Positions 8,736 through 18,729 of a stretch of 64,000 bases of DNA are shown here, piece by piece; the first letter of the stretch is position 1, and every line of letters begins with the position of its first letter. Position numbers and translations under genes: made by a program. Origin of the DNA: an uncultured Candidatus Saccharibacteria bacterium (GTDB lineage: Bacteria; Patescibacteriota; Minisyncoccia; Portnoybacterales; UBA2143); NCBI GenBank assembly GCA_964420115.1, contig CAYQQO010000002.1:726-64725 (forward strand). Reading direction: 5' to 3'. The notes under the pieces are model-generated. The model ran no database searches. It was not told the origin of the DNA and saw only the letters and a program-made list of their open reading frames with translations.

Positions 8736-9029
8736 GATAGTAAATGAGAATTAATTAATAAAGCGACCTTTATGACTTCTAAGCCGCTCTACTAATTTTT
8801 TGCTTTTAAATAAAATTAAAAGCTCAACAAACGTATCTCGACTTATTTAGTCTACTTTATTATATGCACATATTTTAGAGAAAGTCAAATATTTCTTTGT
8901 TAATATATGCATAATATAGACATCTTTTTTTATGTAGATTATAATTATTATAAAAAAGTAAAGCTGTTATTAGGTCAGTTTAAGGTTATTTGTAATAATA
9001 GTTTTTTATTTCTTCTGAAATAGAATATA

Positions 9030-9310
9030 ACAGCGATGAAGCGGGAGATGAATCGGACTTGTCTAATATTGCCAGCGGGACAATATCGGCTTTGGATGGT
9101 TCCGAGGAGCCGAAATTATCTGCTGATATTATAGCCGAGGTTAATTTTGCTCCTCAAAGCTTTAATCCGAAAAGCCAAGGTCGTTGGATAAGCGCTCATC
9201 TTTTCTTTCCCTCCGGTTATAATTCTAATAATCTTAATATTCCCACTGTTAAGCTCAATGACAACATTTCGGCTGATGCTGGTTATAAAGGGGCCAACTA
9301 CTTTAAAAAA
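9030..9310 (+). pseudogene. Internal fragment of a secreted/surface protein
   Basis: SDEAGDESDLSNIASG (end-of-FN3-like) then FAPQSFNPKSQGRWISAHL..TVKLND; no credible start or signal peptide. Confidence 0.45.
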
Positions 9311-9319
9311 ACAGAAACT

Positions 9320-9659
9320 ATGAAAATAAATAAAGGGAATTTGCCATTAATAGGGTTTTTGCAATCATTGGGAGTAGTTGTTTATTGTTCTCTGGTAGCT
9401 ATTTTTTTTCTGGTCTTTTGATAATTTTTTGCCAACTCCGCCCGGTTTTTTGGGCTTTGTTCTGATTTTGGTAATATTTGTTTTTTCAGCGGCGGTGACC
9501 GGCTCTATTGTTTTTGGTTTTCCGGCTTATTTGGCAGTTCATAATAAAATTAAAGAGTCACTTTTAATAATTGCTTATACTCTTCTTTATTCTTTACTTT
9601 TGATTGAATTAATTACGGTTGCTGTTTTTACCTATAAAACAAGTTTAATTTTTATTTAA
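9320..9659 (+). pseudogene. Three-TM membrane protein gene with one frameshift
   Basis: MKINKGNLPLIGFLQSLG..AIFF joins WSFDNFLPTPPGFLG.. if one T is removed from the T8 run at 9402-9409. Confidence 0.7.
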
Positions 9660-9751
9660 ATAAAAAAACAGCAAGCCATATGTTTTGATACTGGAATATA
9701 GCCGCCTTGCTTTATATGACGAAGGAGGCGGTTTTTGTTAAAATATTAATT

Positions 9752-10546
9752 ATGTTAGAGCCAATAGTTTTAGGGATTATCCAGGGGATTGCCGAATGGC
9801 TGCCAGTCAGCTCCGAGGGTCTTTTAGTTTTAACTAAAATCAATATTTTTGGCAGTCAGGACGGGATAGAATCAATTATTAAAGAAGCTCTTTTTTTGCA
9901 CTTGGGGACATTTTCAGCCGCCCTTATTTATCTTCGCAAAGATGTTGTTTCTCTTTTAAGGAGCTTTGTTAATTACCGCTCAACTGACGAAATTACTAAA
10001 AAAACATTAAACTTTTTAATTATAGCCACTCTTGTTAGCGGTTTGTTGGGTTTTTTGATTATTAATATTTTCATCAATTTAGAAAGCGGCACAAGTAGTG
10101 CCGGAAAAATTATTACCTTAATTGTTGGCATTTTGTTAATAATCACAGGAATTTTACAAATTAAAACACCGCGGGATGGATATAAAAGATATAAGGATTT
10201 GAATATTAAAGACGGGCTTTTATTAGGCGTTGCCCAGGGATTTAGCGCTTTGCCCGGCTTGTCTCGTTCCGGCTTTACTGTTTCTGCTCTTCTTTTGAGA
10301 AAATATGGCAATTACTACGCTTTAAAATTAAGTTTTTTAATGAGTCTGCCGATTGTTTTAGGAGGAAATATTATTTTAAATCTTAACAACATTGCTTTTT
10401 CAGTTAGGGGGCTTATCGGCCTTCTTTTTTCTTTTCTTGCCGGCTTGTTGACTATTGATCTTTTGTTAAAAGTGGCCAGAAAAATCAACTTTGGATATTT
10501 TGTTTTAATTTTTGGGCTACTGACTATTATTGCTGTTTTTATTTAA
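9752..10546 (+). CDS. uppP: Undecaprenyl-diphosphate phosphatase
   Basis: LGIIQGIAEWLPVSSEG, LHLGT, LPGLSRSG motifs. Confidence 0.92.
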   Translation: MLEPIVLGIIQGIAEWLPVSSEGLLVLTKINIFGSQDGIESIIKEALFLHLGTFSAALIYLRKDVVSLLRSFVNYRSTDEITKKTLNFLIIATLVSGLLGFLIINIFINLESGTSSAGKIITLIVGILLIITGILQIKTPRDGYKRYKDLNIKDGLLLGVAQGFSALPGLSRSGFTVSALLLRKYGNYYALKLSFLMSLPIVLGGNIILNLNNIAFSVRGLIGLLFSFLAGLLTIDLLLKVARKINFGYFVLIFGLLTIIAVFI

Positions 10547-10682
10547 TTCCCTTTATTTTATTATAAAAAAAGCAAACTTGCTTCTTTTTTTGTTTTGAGT
10601 TAGAATTTAGAAACATAAGTAAAAATATATTTTATCCTAACCACCCTAAGGAGATAAAAGGGGTGGCTTTTGTGGCCTTATT

Positions 10683-12515
10683 ATGCCAATTTTTAATCTT
10701 AAATCAAAATATAGAGCCTCTGGCGACCAGCCTCAAGCAATTGAAAAATTAGTTGAAGGGACTAAAAAGAATCATCGTTATCAGACGCTTTTGGGGGTAA
10801 CAGGCAGCGGTAAGACATTTACCATGGCTTCTGTTCTTTCGCATTTTAACATGCCTGTTTTAATTATTGCCCCCAATAAAGCCTTGGCGGCCCAGCTTTA
10901 CCGGGAATACAAAAATTTTTTTCCTGATAATTCTGTCAACTATTTTGTTTCTTATTACGACTATTACCAGCCGGAAGCGTATATGCCGACAACAGATACA
11001 TATATAGACAAAGAGGCAATGATTAACGAGGAAATTGATCGTTTGCGCCATCAGGCGACAAGCGCGCTTATGGCAAGGAAAGATGTTATTATTGTCGCTT
11101 CTGTTTCCTGTATATATAATCTGGGGGTTCCTTGGAACTATCAGGAAGCATCAGTTCATTTAGAAATTAAAAAACCCATTACCAGAGGCGATTTGATAAG
11201 GCAGTTGGTAAGAATTCAGTTTGAGAGAAGCGGGGGGGTTTTAAAAAGAGGGCAATTTAGAGCCAGAGGAGATATTTTTGAAATAATGCCAGCCGGAGAA
11301 AATATCTATTACAGAATTGAACTGGACGAGCAAAAAATTAAAGAAATAGCTGTGGTTGATCCGACAACAAGAAAAATAGAAAATGTTTTAAAGGAGATTG
11401 TTATTTTCCCGCCCAAGCACTTTATCAGCAACCAGCCGAAAATAAGGGCTGCGATAAAAGAAATTAAAAAAGAATTAAACGAAAGAATTAGGCATTTTAA
11501 AAAGGAAAAACTTTATTTGGAAATTGAACGGCTTTCAAGAAGAACAAAATATGATATGGAAATGCTGGCCAATGTCGGTTTCTGCCACGGAGTAGAGAAT
11601 TACTCGCGTCATTTAACGGGCAAGCTGGCCGGTGAACCGACGGAAACGCTTCTTTCATATTTTCCTTACAAAAATAAAAAGGCGCAGTTTTTAACCATTA
11701 TTGATGAATCTCATATTGCCCTTCCTCAAATTAGAGGAATGTATGAAGGAGACAGAAGCAGAAAAAAGACATTAGTCCAGTACGGCTGGCGTCTGCCTTC
11801 TGCTTTGGATAACCGCCCATTGAGATTTGATGAATTTGAAAAAAGAATTGGCCGGGTAATTTTTACTTCGGCTACTCCCGGGCCATGGGAAAGAGGTAAA
11901 TCTTCTCAAATTGTTGAACAGATAATCAGGCCGACAGGGCTGATTGACCCGCCTGTTGATGTTAGGCCTGTCTATCAAAGAAAAGAAAACAAAAGCCAAA
12001 TTGATGATTTGATAAAAGAACTAAAAATTATTGGCCAAAAAAGAGAGAGGGCGATTGTTAACACCCTAACAAAGAAAATGGCCGAAGATTTATACAGCTT
12101 TCTTTTAAAAGAGGGTTTTAAAGCGAATTACCTCCATTCAGATATCAAAACTCTCCAAAGAGCAGAAACTTTGATTGATTTTAGAAGAGGCAAATTTAAT
12201 ATTTTAGTCGGAGTAAACCTTCTGCGGGAAGGTCTTGATTTGCCGGAAGTAACGCTGGTGGCAATACTTGACGCGGACAGAGAAGGATTTTTAAGGAGCG
12301 AATCATCTTTAATTCAGACAATGGGCAGGGCGGCAAGAAATGTTTCCGGTAAAGTTATTTTATATGCTGACAATGTAACCGATTCAATGAAAAGAGCGAT
12401 AAGGGAAGTTGAACGCCGCCGGGAAAAGCAAAAAGAATACAACAAAAAACACAATATTGAACCAAAAAGCATTGTGAAGGATATAGAAAGCTTTATTGAG
12501 TTGGGGAAAAAATAA
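10683..12515 (+). CDS. uvrB: Excinuclease ABC subunit B
   Basis: LGVTGSGKT, YYDYYQPEAY, DESH, NLLREGLD, QTMGRAARN. Confidence 0.98.
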   Translation: MPIFNLKSKYRASGDQPQAIEKLVEGTKKNHRYQTLLGVTGSGKTFTMASVLSHFNMPVLIIAPNKALAAQLYREYKNFFPDNSVNYFVSYYDYYQPEAYMPTTDTYIDKEAMINEEIDRLRHQATSALMARKDVIIVASVSCIYNLGVPWNYQEASVHLEIKKPITRGDLIRQLVRIQFERSGGVLKRGQFRARGDIFEIMPAGENIYYRIELDEQKIKEIAVVDPTTRKIENVLKEIVIFPPKHFISNQPKIRAAIKEIKKELNERIRHFKKEKLYLEIERLSRRTKYDMEMLANVGFCHGVENYSRHLTGKLAGEPTETLLSYFPYKNKKAQFLTIIDESHIALPQIRGMYEGDRSRKKTLVQYGWRLPSALDNRPLRFDEFEKRIGRVIFTSATPGPWERGKSSQIVEQIIRPTGLIDPPVDVRPVYQRKENKSQIDDLIKELKIIGQKRERAIVNTLTKKMAEDLYSFLLKEGFKANYLHSDIKTLQRAETLIDFRRGKFNILVGVNLLREGLDLPEVTLVAILDADREGFLRSESSLIQTMGRAARNVSGKVILYADNVTDSMKRAIREVERRREKQKEYNKKHNIEPKSIVKDIESFIELGKK

Positions 12516-12520
12516 AAAAA

Positions 12521-15037
12521 ATGGAAAACAAAATAACCATTAAAGGGGCAAGGGTTCATAATCTAAAAAACATAGATTTGGAACTGCCCAAGAATAAGAT
12601 AATTGTTTTTACCGGTGTTTCGGGGAGCGGCAAGTCTTCTCTGGCTTTTGATACTATTTTTGCTGAAGGCCAACGCAGATATATTGAATCGCTTTCTCCT
12701 TATGCTCGTCAGTTTTTAGGCGAAATGGAAAGGGCTGATGTGGATGAGATAACCGGCCTTTCTCCAGCCATTGCTATCGGCCAGAAGGCGCTTTCGCGAA
12801 ATCCTCGTTCAACTGTCGGCACATTAACGGAAGTTTATGATTATTTGCGAGTGCTGTTTGCTCGTTTAGGAGAGGTTTATTGCCCTGAGTGCGGTTTAAG
12901 GATTGAAAAATTATCTTTGGAAGAAATGGTTGATATTATTGTAAATGAAGCTAAAAAATCAAAAATAAAAGAAAAGGGGGGAACTATTACTATTTTATCG
13001 CCGGTTGTCCATGGAAGAAAAGGCGAATATTACCAGCTTTTATACGACTATCTTTCTTTGGGTTATTCGCAGGCAAGAATTGACGGGCAAGTTCGTTCTC
13101 TTCATGAAAAGGTTGTTCTTCCCCGCTACAAAGCCCATAATATTGATATTATTATTGATCGGGTGATGGTTGCTGATGAAAGCAGATTATTTGAAGCGGT
13201 GGAAAACGCTTTAAATTACAGTAAGGGATTGGTAGGCGTTATTTTAAATGAAGAAACAAAAAGCCCGCAGGAGTTTGTTTTATCTTCTAAGTGGACATGC
13301 CCCAAGGATAACTTTACTTTTCCCGAAGTAGAGCCGCGCCTTTTTTCTTTTAACAGTCCTTATGGCGCTTGTTCTTCTTGTTCGGGCTTGGGCAGGGATG
13401 ATTTGTTTTTAAAAAATATTTGTCCTAGTTGTCATGGCAAGCGTCTGAAAAAAGAGACCTTGTCTGTCAAAATTAACAAGCACAATATTTATCAATTAAC
13501 CGCTTTATCAATTGATAAGCTGTTTATTTTTTTTAAAGATTATCAGAAAAGACTAACTAAAAGGCAGAAAACAATAGGCCAAAATGTTTTAAAAGAAATA
13601 TTGGATCGTTTGCAATTTTTGCTGGAAGTGGGCCTTGATTATTTGTCTTTAGAAAGAGAAGCAGAAACATTGTCTGGCGGAGAAGCGCAAAGAATCCGTC
13701 TGGCTTCCCAGGTCGGTTCTCATTTATCAAACGCCTTGTATGTTTTAGACGAGCCGACCATTGGTCTTCATGAGAGAGATACAGACAGATTAATCAAGAC
13801 AATTAAATCACTCAAAGAAAGAAACAACACCATTATTATAGTAGAGCACGATGAAAAAACTATTTCTTCTTCTGATTTTTTGGTTGATTTAGGGCCGATG
13901 GCTGGGAGAGAGGGCGGGAAGGTGGTTGTCAGTGGAGATGTTAGAAAATTATTATCTGAAGCATCACGACAGCGTTCTTTAACTTTAGATTATTTAAATA
14001 GCAAAAAGAAAGTTGTTCTGCCGGAAAATCGCCGCAAAAAAATTAGGGAAAAATTGACTATTGTTGGCGCTCGATCTAACAACCTTCAAAACATCAATGT
14101 TGATATCCCGCTTAGAAAGTTTGTTTGTTTGACCGGTGTTTCTGGTAGCGGTAAATCATCTCTTTTGTATGATGTTCTGTATAAAAATTTAACAAGAATT
14201 AAATCAAGAATTGAAAGACCTTTGGAAAATGCCAATAAAATTTTAGGAGCTGAATATATTGATAAGATTATCGCCACGGATCAGTCGCCGATTGGCAGAA
14301 CGCCGCGTTCCAATCCGGCCACATATACGGGGATTTTCACGCCCGTTAGAATTTTTTTCGCTTCTTTGGAAGAATCGCGCCAAAGAGCTTATACTCCTTC
14401 CTATTTTTCTTTCAATGTCGCTGGCGGCAGATGCGAGGCCTGCTCCGGCGCCGGTTTTAACTTGATTGAAATGCATTTTTTGCCTCCTGTTTTAGTCCAA
14501 TGCGAAGTTTGCCGCGGGAAAAGATTTAACAGAGAAATACTGCAGATAAAATACAAAGGTAAAAATATCAGTGAAATTTTAGATATGACCATTGATGAAG
14601 CGTCGGAATTTTTCAAAAACATTTATTTAATTGCTGATAAACTGAAAGTTTTGCAAAGCGTTGGTTTGGGCTATTTGCAATTAGGCCAAAGCGCGACAAC
14701 TCTCTCTGGCGGAGAAGCGCAAAGAATTAAACTGGCTAGAGAACTAACCCAGACATTGGGCAAAAGAACCCTTTATTTATTGGATGAGCCGACAGTTGGT
14801 CTTCATTACTACGATATAGAGATGCTTTTGAATGTTTTGGATAAATTAGTAGAGAAGGGAAATACAGTCGCTGTTATTGAGCATAATATGCATATGATAA
14901 AATCAGCTGACTATGTTATTGATTTAGGGCCTGAAGGCGGAGAAAAAGGAGGGCGCTTAGTTGCCAAGGGCTTGCCCGAAGAGATAGCTAAAAACAGCAA
15001 AAGTTTAACAGGCAAGTATTTGAAAAAATATATATGA
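12521..15037 (+). CDS. uvrA: Excinuclease ABC subunit A
   Basis: Two GVSGSGKSS Walker A motifs, two LSGGEAQRI signatures, Zn fingers. Confidence 0.98.
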   Translation: MENKITIKGARVHNLKNIDLELPKNKIIVFTGVSGSGKSSLAFDTIFAEGQRRYIESLSPYARQFLGEMERADVDEITGLSPAIAIGQKALSRNPRSTVGTLTEVYDYLRVLFARLGEVYCPECGLRIEKLSLEEMVDIIVNEAKKSKIKEKGGTITILSPVVHGRKGEYYQLLYDYLSLGYSQARIDGQVRSLHEKVVLPRYKAHNIDIIIDRVMVADESRLFEAVENALNYSKGLVGVILNEETKSPQEFVLSSKWTCPKDNFTFPEVEPRLFSFNSPYGACSSCSGLGRDDLFLKNICPSCHGKRLKKETLSVKINKHNIYQLTALSIDKLFIFFKDYQKRLTKRQKTIGQNVLKEILDRLQFLLEVGLDYLSLEREAETLSGGEAQRIRLASQVGSHLSNALYVLDEPTIGLHERDTDRLIKTIKSLKERNNTIIIVEHDEKTISSSDFLVDLGPMAGREGGKVVVSGDVRKLLSEASRQRSLTLDYLNSKKKVVLPENRRKKIREKLTIVGARSNNLQNINVDIPLRKFVCLTGVSGSGKSSLLYDVLYKNLTRIKSRIERPLENANKILGAEYIDKIIATDQSPIGRTPRSNPATYTGIFTPVRIFFASLEESRQRAYTPSYFSFNVAGGRCEACSGAGFNLIEMHFLPPVLVQCEVCRGKRFNREILQIKYKGKNISEILDMTIDEASEFFKNIYLIADKLKVLQSVGLGYLQLGQSATTLSGGEAQRIKLARELTQTLGKRTLYLLDEPTVGLHYYDIEMLLNVLDKLVEKGNTVAVIEHNMHMIKSADYVIDLGPEGGEKGGRLVAKGLPEEIAKNSKSLTGKYLKKYI

Positions 15038-16188
15038 CAACATTGCAAAGCCAAGCTAAAAAATTGCCCGATAATCCGGGGGTCTATCTCTTTTTAGATA
15101 AAAAAGGAGCTGTTTTGTATGTAGGACGGGCTGTCTCTTTAAAAAAAAGGGCGGCTAACTATTTTCAGAAAAACTTAGACCCGAGAATATCAGAAATGAT
15201 CAGCCTGGCTTTTAGGATTAAACACTATAAAACAGAATCAATTTTAGAGGCCGTTATTTTAGAAGCAAATTTAATAAAAAAGCACTGGCCAAAGTATAAT
15301 ATTAAAGACAGAGATAACCGTTCTTTTTTATATTTGGTTATTCCCAAAAATGATTACCCGCGGCCGATAATTGTCAGGCGAAGGGAATTAGAAAAGTTTC
15401 TGTCCAATGCTCATATTTTCGGGCCTTTTCAGAGTTTGTCTTTGCTTTATGGGGCTTTAAAAATTATCCGCCGCATTTTTCCTTACAGCATCTGCCAGCC
15501 AAATTCCGGCAAGCCTTGTTTTGATTATCAAATTGGCCTTTGTCCGGGATTATGCTTGGGACAAATTTCCCAAAAAGATTATCAAAAGAATATCAGAAAC
15601 ATTATCCTTCTTTTTTCCGGGCAGAAAAATCGGCTATTAAGGAAACTGGCTAAAGAAAACCCCGACAAAGCCAAAGCTTTGGGGCATATCCAAGATGTTT
15701 CTTTGATAAAAAAAGATGATTCTTTTTTTTCTAAAATTAGCAGAATAGAAGGATATGATATTTCCCATTTAACCGGCAGGGAGACATTTGGGGCAATGGT
15801 TGTTTTTTCCGGCGATCAGCCGGACAAAAGCCAATATCGTTTGTTTAAAATAAGGGGAGCGGGGAGGCGCGATGATCTGCGCGCTTTGGGGGAAACAGTT
15901 GTCAGAAGATTTAACCACAGAGAATGGCCTTTTCCTGATTTAATTTTAATTGACGGGGGCAAGCCGCAGGTTAATTTTATTGTCAAAACGCTAAAAGAAA
16001 ACTTTATTAATATCCCCTTAGTCGGCATTTCTAAGTTTGGCGGGGATAAACTGGTTTTCCCTCCTAAAGCAAAAAAATCATTAAAAGAATTAACCCAAAA
16101 TATCAAAGAAACTCTTTTAAGGGTTAGAGACGAAGCGCACCGCTTTTCTTTAAAATCCAGCCGAAGAAGCAGAAGAATTAAAAAATAG
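15034..16188 (+). CDS. uvrC: Excinuclease ABC subunit C, shortened
   Basis: GIY-YIG (PGVYLF..LYVGRA), Cys cluster, RNase H-like IEGYDISH..IDGG..RDEAHRF. Confidence 0.93.
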   Translation: MTTLQSQAKKLPDNPGVYLFLDKKGAVLYVGRAVSLKKRAANYFQKNLDPRISEMISLAFRIKHYKTESILEAVILEANLIKKHWPKYNIKDRDNRSFLYLVIPKNDYPRPIIVRRRELEKFLSNAHIFGPFQSLSLLYGALKIIRRIFPYSICQPNSGKPCFDYQIGLCPGLCLGQISQKDYQKNIRNIILLFSGQKNRLLRKLAKENPDKAKALGHIQDVSLIKKDDSFFSKISRIEGYDISHLTGRETFGAMVVFSGDQPDKSQYRLFKIRGAGRRDDLRALGETVVRRFNHREWPFPDLILIDGGKPQVNFIVKTLKENFINIPLVGISKFGGDKLVFPPKAKKSLKELTQNIKETLLRVRDEAHRFSLKSSRRSRRIKK

Positions 16189-16245
16189 TTTATCTATAGG
16201 TATTTATTTGCAAATAATATTTATTTAGTATAAAATGGAAATATT

Positions 16246-16680
16246 ATGGAACATTATCCCTTAATAAGAACAATTTATTTATATTTATTCGCTTTAGTCG
16301 GGCTGGCGCTGATAATTATTGGCAGCGTTAAATTTGTTGATATGGGGCTTAAGGCCTTTATTTTTACTCAAGCTGAACAGGAAGAAAAAATTTACAATGC
16401 CCAGCCGCCAATGCCTCGTTCTATTGAAAAAATAGAGAAAATTGGCGAAGAGGGCGAGCAAGCGGCAGTGGAATTTAGCGAGGAAGAAAGAATTCTTATC
16501 TCCGAATGGCTGAATGACTACAAAAACTGGAAAGAAAGAAGCGAAGGGGTTAATTTTGTTACTGCTAGGCGTCATCGCCAGGCCTCTTCAAATTTGGCAA
16601 TGATATTAATTGGCCTGCCTCTATTTCTTTATCACTGGGGGATTATCAGAAGAGAAACGAGGAAAAATAGAGAGAAATAA
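16246..16680 (+). CDS. Membrane protein, DUF5671-like
   Basis: IRTIYLYLFALVGL and LIGLPLFLYHW TM segments flanking a charged loop. Confidence 0.7.
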   Translation: MEHYPLIRTIYLYLFALVGLALIIIGSVKFVDMGLKAFIFTQAEQEEKIYNAQPPMPRSIEKIEKIGEEGEQAAVEFSEEERILISEWLNDYKNWKERSEGVNFVTARRHRQASSNLAMILIGLPLFLYHWGIIRRETRKNREK

Positions 16681-16701
16681 TAATTAGAGAGATAAAAGAC
16701 G

Positions 16702-16730
16702 CTAAAAAACCCTTAAGGGTTTTTTAGTTT
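16702..16730 (+). terminator. Intrinsic terminator
   Basis: Perfect 26-bp palindrome CTAAAAAACCCTTAAGGGTTTTTTAG. Confidence 0.8.
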
Positions 16731-16796
16731 GAGATTGTTTGTTTTAATATGCTTTTGTGGTATCATTAAAACTACAGAAAGGGGGTGAAATAGGGG

Positions 16797-17006
16797 ATGA
16801 AAGATATTAATTATGACTTATTAAAAATACTTTACGCTAAAACTGATACTGTTTGGTGGCTGGAAAAGCATTGTATTAAAGACGCGGAAGAAGCTAAATG
16901 CCACAGCTTGCCGCTTTTAAAGAAAATTTTAGAGCAGGAGAAAGAAAACATTAAGGCGCTCAAAGAGGAAATAAAAATGAGAATGGATGCTGGTATTTTT
17001 GATTAA
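16797..17006 (+). CDS. Small helical protein, half-ferritin-like
   Basis: 69 aa, two amphipathic helices; strong AAGGGGGTGA SD upstream. Confidence 0.65.
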   Translation: MKDINYDLLKILYAKTDTVWWLEKHCIKDAEEAKCHSLPLLKKILEQEKENIKALKEEIKMRMDAGIFD

Positions 17007-17067
17007 TCTTGTTGGATAATTTTTTAATTAAGCTTTGAGCGCAAATTTTGTTTAACAGGAGGAGGTG

Positions 17068-17313
17068 ATGAAATATTTAACTATTTTAGGTTTGATAGTT
17101 TTTTTCGCTTGGCGCCTTGGTTTTGATTGGTTTTGTGATTTTTAAGTTTTTCCAAGCCAGCGATATGTCGTTAGTTGTTAGATGGGGGTTATTGGTTTAA
17201 CTTTAGGAACGCTGATTATTATAACTTCTTTTATAATTGAAAGAGCGCAGAACTTTTGGTTTATAGGACGGCGGTTAAGTTGGAGGAATAAAAAAAAACA
17301 GCTAAAAGCTTAG
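17068..17313 (+). pseudogene. Small two-TM protein gene with two frameshifts
   Basis: AGGAGGAGGTG SD; MKYLTILGLIVF / SLGALVLIGFVIFKFFQASDMSLVVRW / GVIGLTLGTLIIITSFIIER in three frames joined at a T-run and a G-run. Confidence 0.55.
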
Positions 17314-17346
17314 AGGCATAGCGCAAGTCAGCTGTTTTTAGAATAT

Positions 17347-18630
17347 TTATTGACGGAGGGTTTGGTTGTATATTTTTAAATGGTCTAAAACTAATCTTGA
17401 AAAAAGGAATTTATTTTTGACTGTTTGCTGGGCTCTTTGGCCCAGTTTTTTTTGTAGCGGTTTGTTTTTAAGGAGTTTGACTAGGTATTGGGCGGCTTGT
17501 TCCGGGCTATTCACCAAAAAGCCGTTTTCGTTATCTTTTATTTGCAGGGCTATGCCTGTTGTCTGGCCGCCGATAACCGGTTTTCCTTTCCACATTGCTT
17601 CGGTGATAGTCAAGCCGAAACCTTCTTTAATTGATTTTTGGATTATTACATCGCTGGCTGTATAAACAGCGTTGATAAATATATCATTAGAAGTCCCCTT
17701 TAAATGGGACGGGTCGGCGAAAAGAAATACATCTGGATCTTCTTTAGCTTGCTTTTTCACTTTTTTAAATACTTCTATTGCCTGGGGATCGTCATAAGCC
17801 TGAAATATGCCAGCCATAATTAATTGCAAATTAGGGATTTTATTTTTTGCCAGATAATATGCTTTTAAAGCGCCTAACGGATCTTTGAAGGGGTCAAAGC
17901 GTGAGACTTGGCTGACAATTGGCTGGTTGGTGCAAATTCCATAGAGATTAAGAATTTTTTTTGCTTCTTCTTTTCCCATTTCTTTGTTTTTGTCGGTAAA
18001 AGGGTTGATAGCCGGCATGACTATTTTTGTTTTCTTTTCTTTCAGCCATTGGGGCTTGTATTGAGAGTGGCTTAAAATAGTTAACTTGTATTTTTCTATC
18101 AATGGCTGGAGGAATTTTAAAATACTCGGGTTGGGGGAGGAAAGATCAATATGCAGCCGCAGAAGAGGAATAATGTTTTTTGGCGTATAATCAATTAGGG
18201 GTAGTGGTTGGGGGTCGTGGATAAGGATAATATCGGGTTTTTCTTTTTTTAGTAGATTTTCAAAAGAAGGGGCAATTTTATCATAAAGCCATTTTAAATA
18301 AAAATACCTTTCGTCGTCTCCTAATCTTTCTGGCTCTCCTTGCAGGAGGTTGTGTATTTTTTTAGTAATTTTAAAAAAACGTATTGGCGCTTTAATAATA
18401 TACCATTGGGAATTAATGCCGAGAGATTGTTCTAAGGGAATTTGGCTGTGGAGCAGTTCTGAAACTCCGCCGCCAAGCTGGGTGGAATTAATCTGAATAA
18501 TTTTTTTACCCTTAAGATTTTTGGAGAGGTTGGCGGCTTGTTTGAATATTTTCGGCGTTATTTCACTGTAATTATCAAAATTTCTCTGTTTTGTTTTGAT
18601 TTTTTCTAAAGAATGCATACTTATTGTCAT
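17347..18630 (-). CDS. treT: GT4 glycosyltransferase, TreT-type trehalose synthase-like
   Basis: NSTQLGGGVSELL, IHDPQP, HIDLS, QVSRFDPFKD, QKSIKEGFGLTITEAMWK. Confidence 0.8.
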   Translation of the reverse strand: MTISMHSLEKIKTKQRNFDNYSEITPKIFKQAANLSKNLKGKKIIQINSTQLGGGVSELLHSQIPLEQSLGINSQWYIIKAPIRFFKITKKIHNLLQGEPERLGDDERYFYLKWLYDKIAPSFENLLKKEKPDIILIHDPQPLPLIDYTPKNIIPLLRLHIDLSSPNPSILKFLQPLIEKYKLTILSHSQYKPQWLKEKKTKIVMPAINPFTDKNKEMGKEEAKKILNLYGICTNQPIVSQVSRFDPFKDPLGALKAYYLAKNKIPNLQLIMAGIFQAYDDPQAIEVFKKVKKQAKEDPDVFLFADPSHLKGTSNDIFINAVYTASDVIIQKSIKEGFGLTITEAMWKGKPVIGGQTTGIALQIKDNENGFLVNSPEQAAQYLVKLLKNKPLQKKLGQRAQQTVKNKFLFSRLVLDHLKIYNQTLRQ

Positions 18631-18729
18631 TATTGCAAAATAAAGATTATCTGTCCATGATGTTTTGTGGGGTATTTTTTAATTATAAAAAGTTGTTTTA
18701 ATGGCTAAATTCTTTAAGGTAAAAAAAAT

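Noticed and set aside
10638-10672. Hairpin in the uvrB leader as an SOS/LexA operator
   Set aside because: No recognisable LexA box; a single short stem is insufficient evidence
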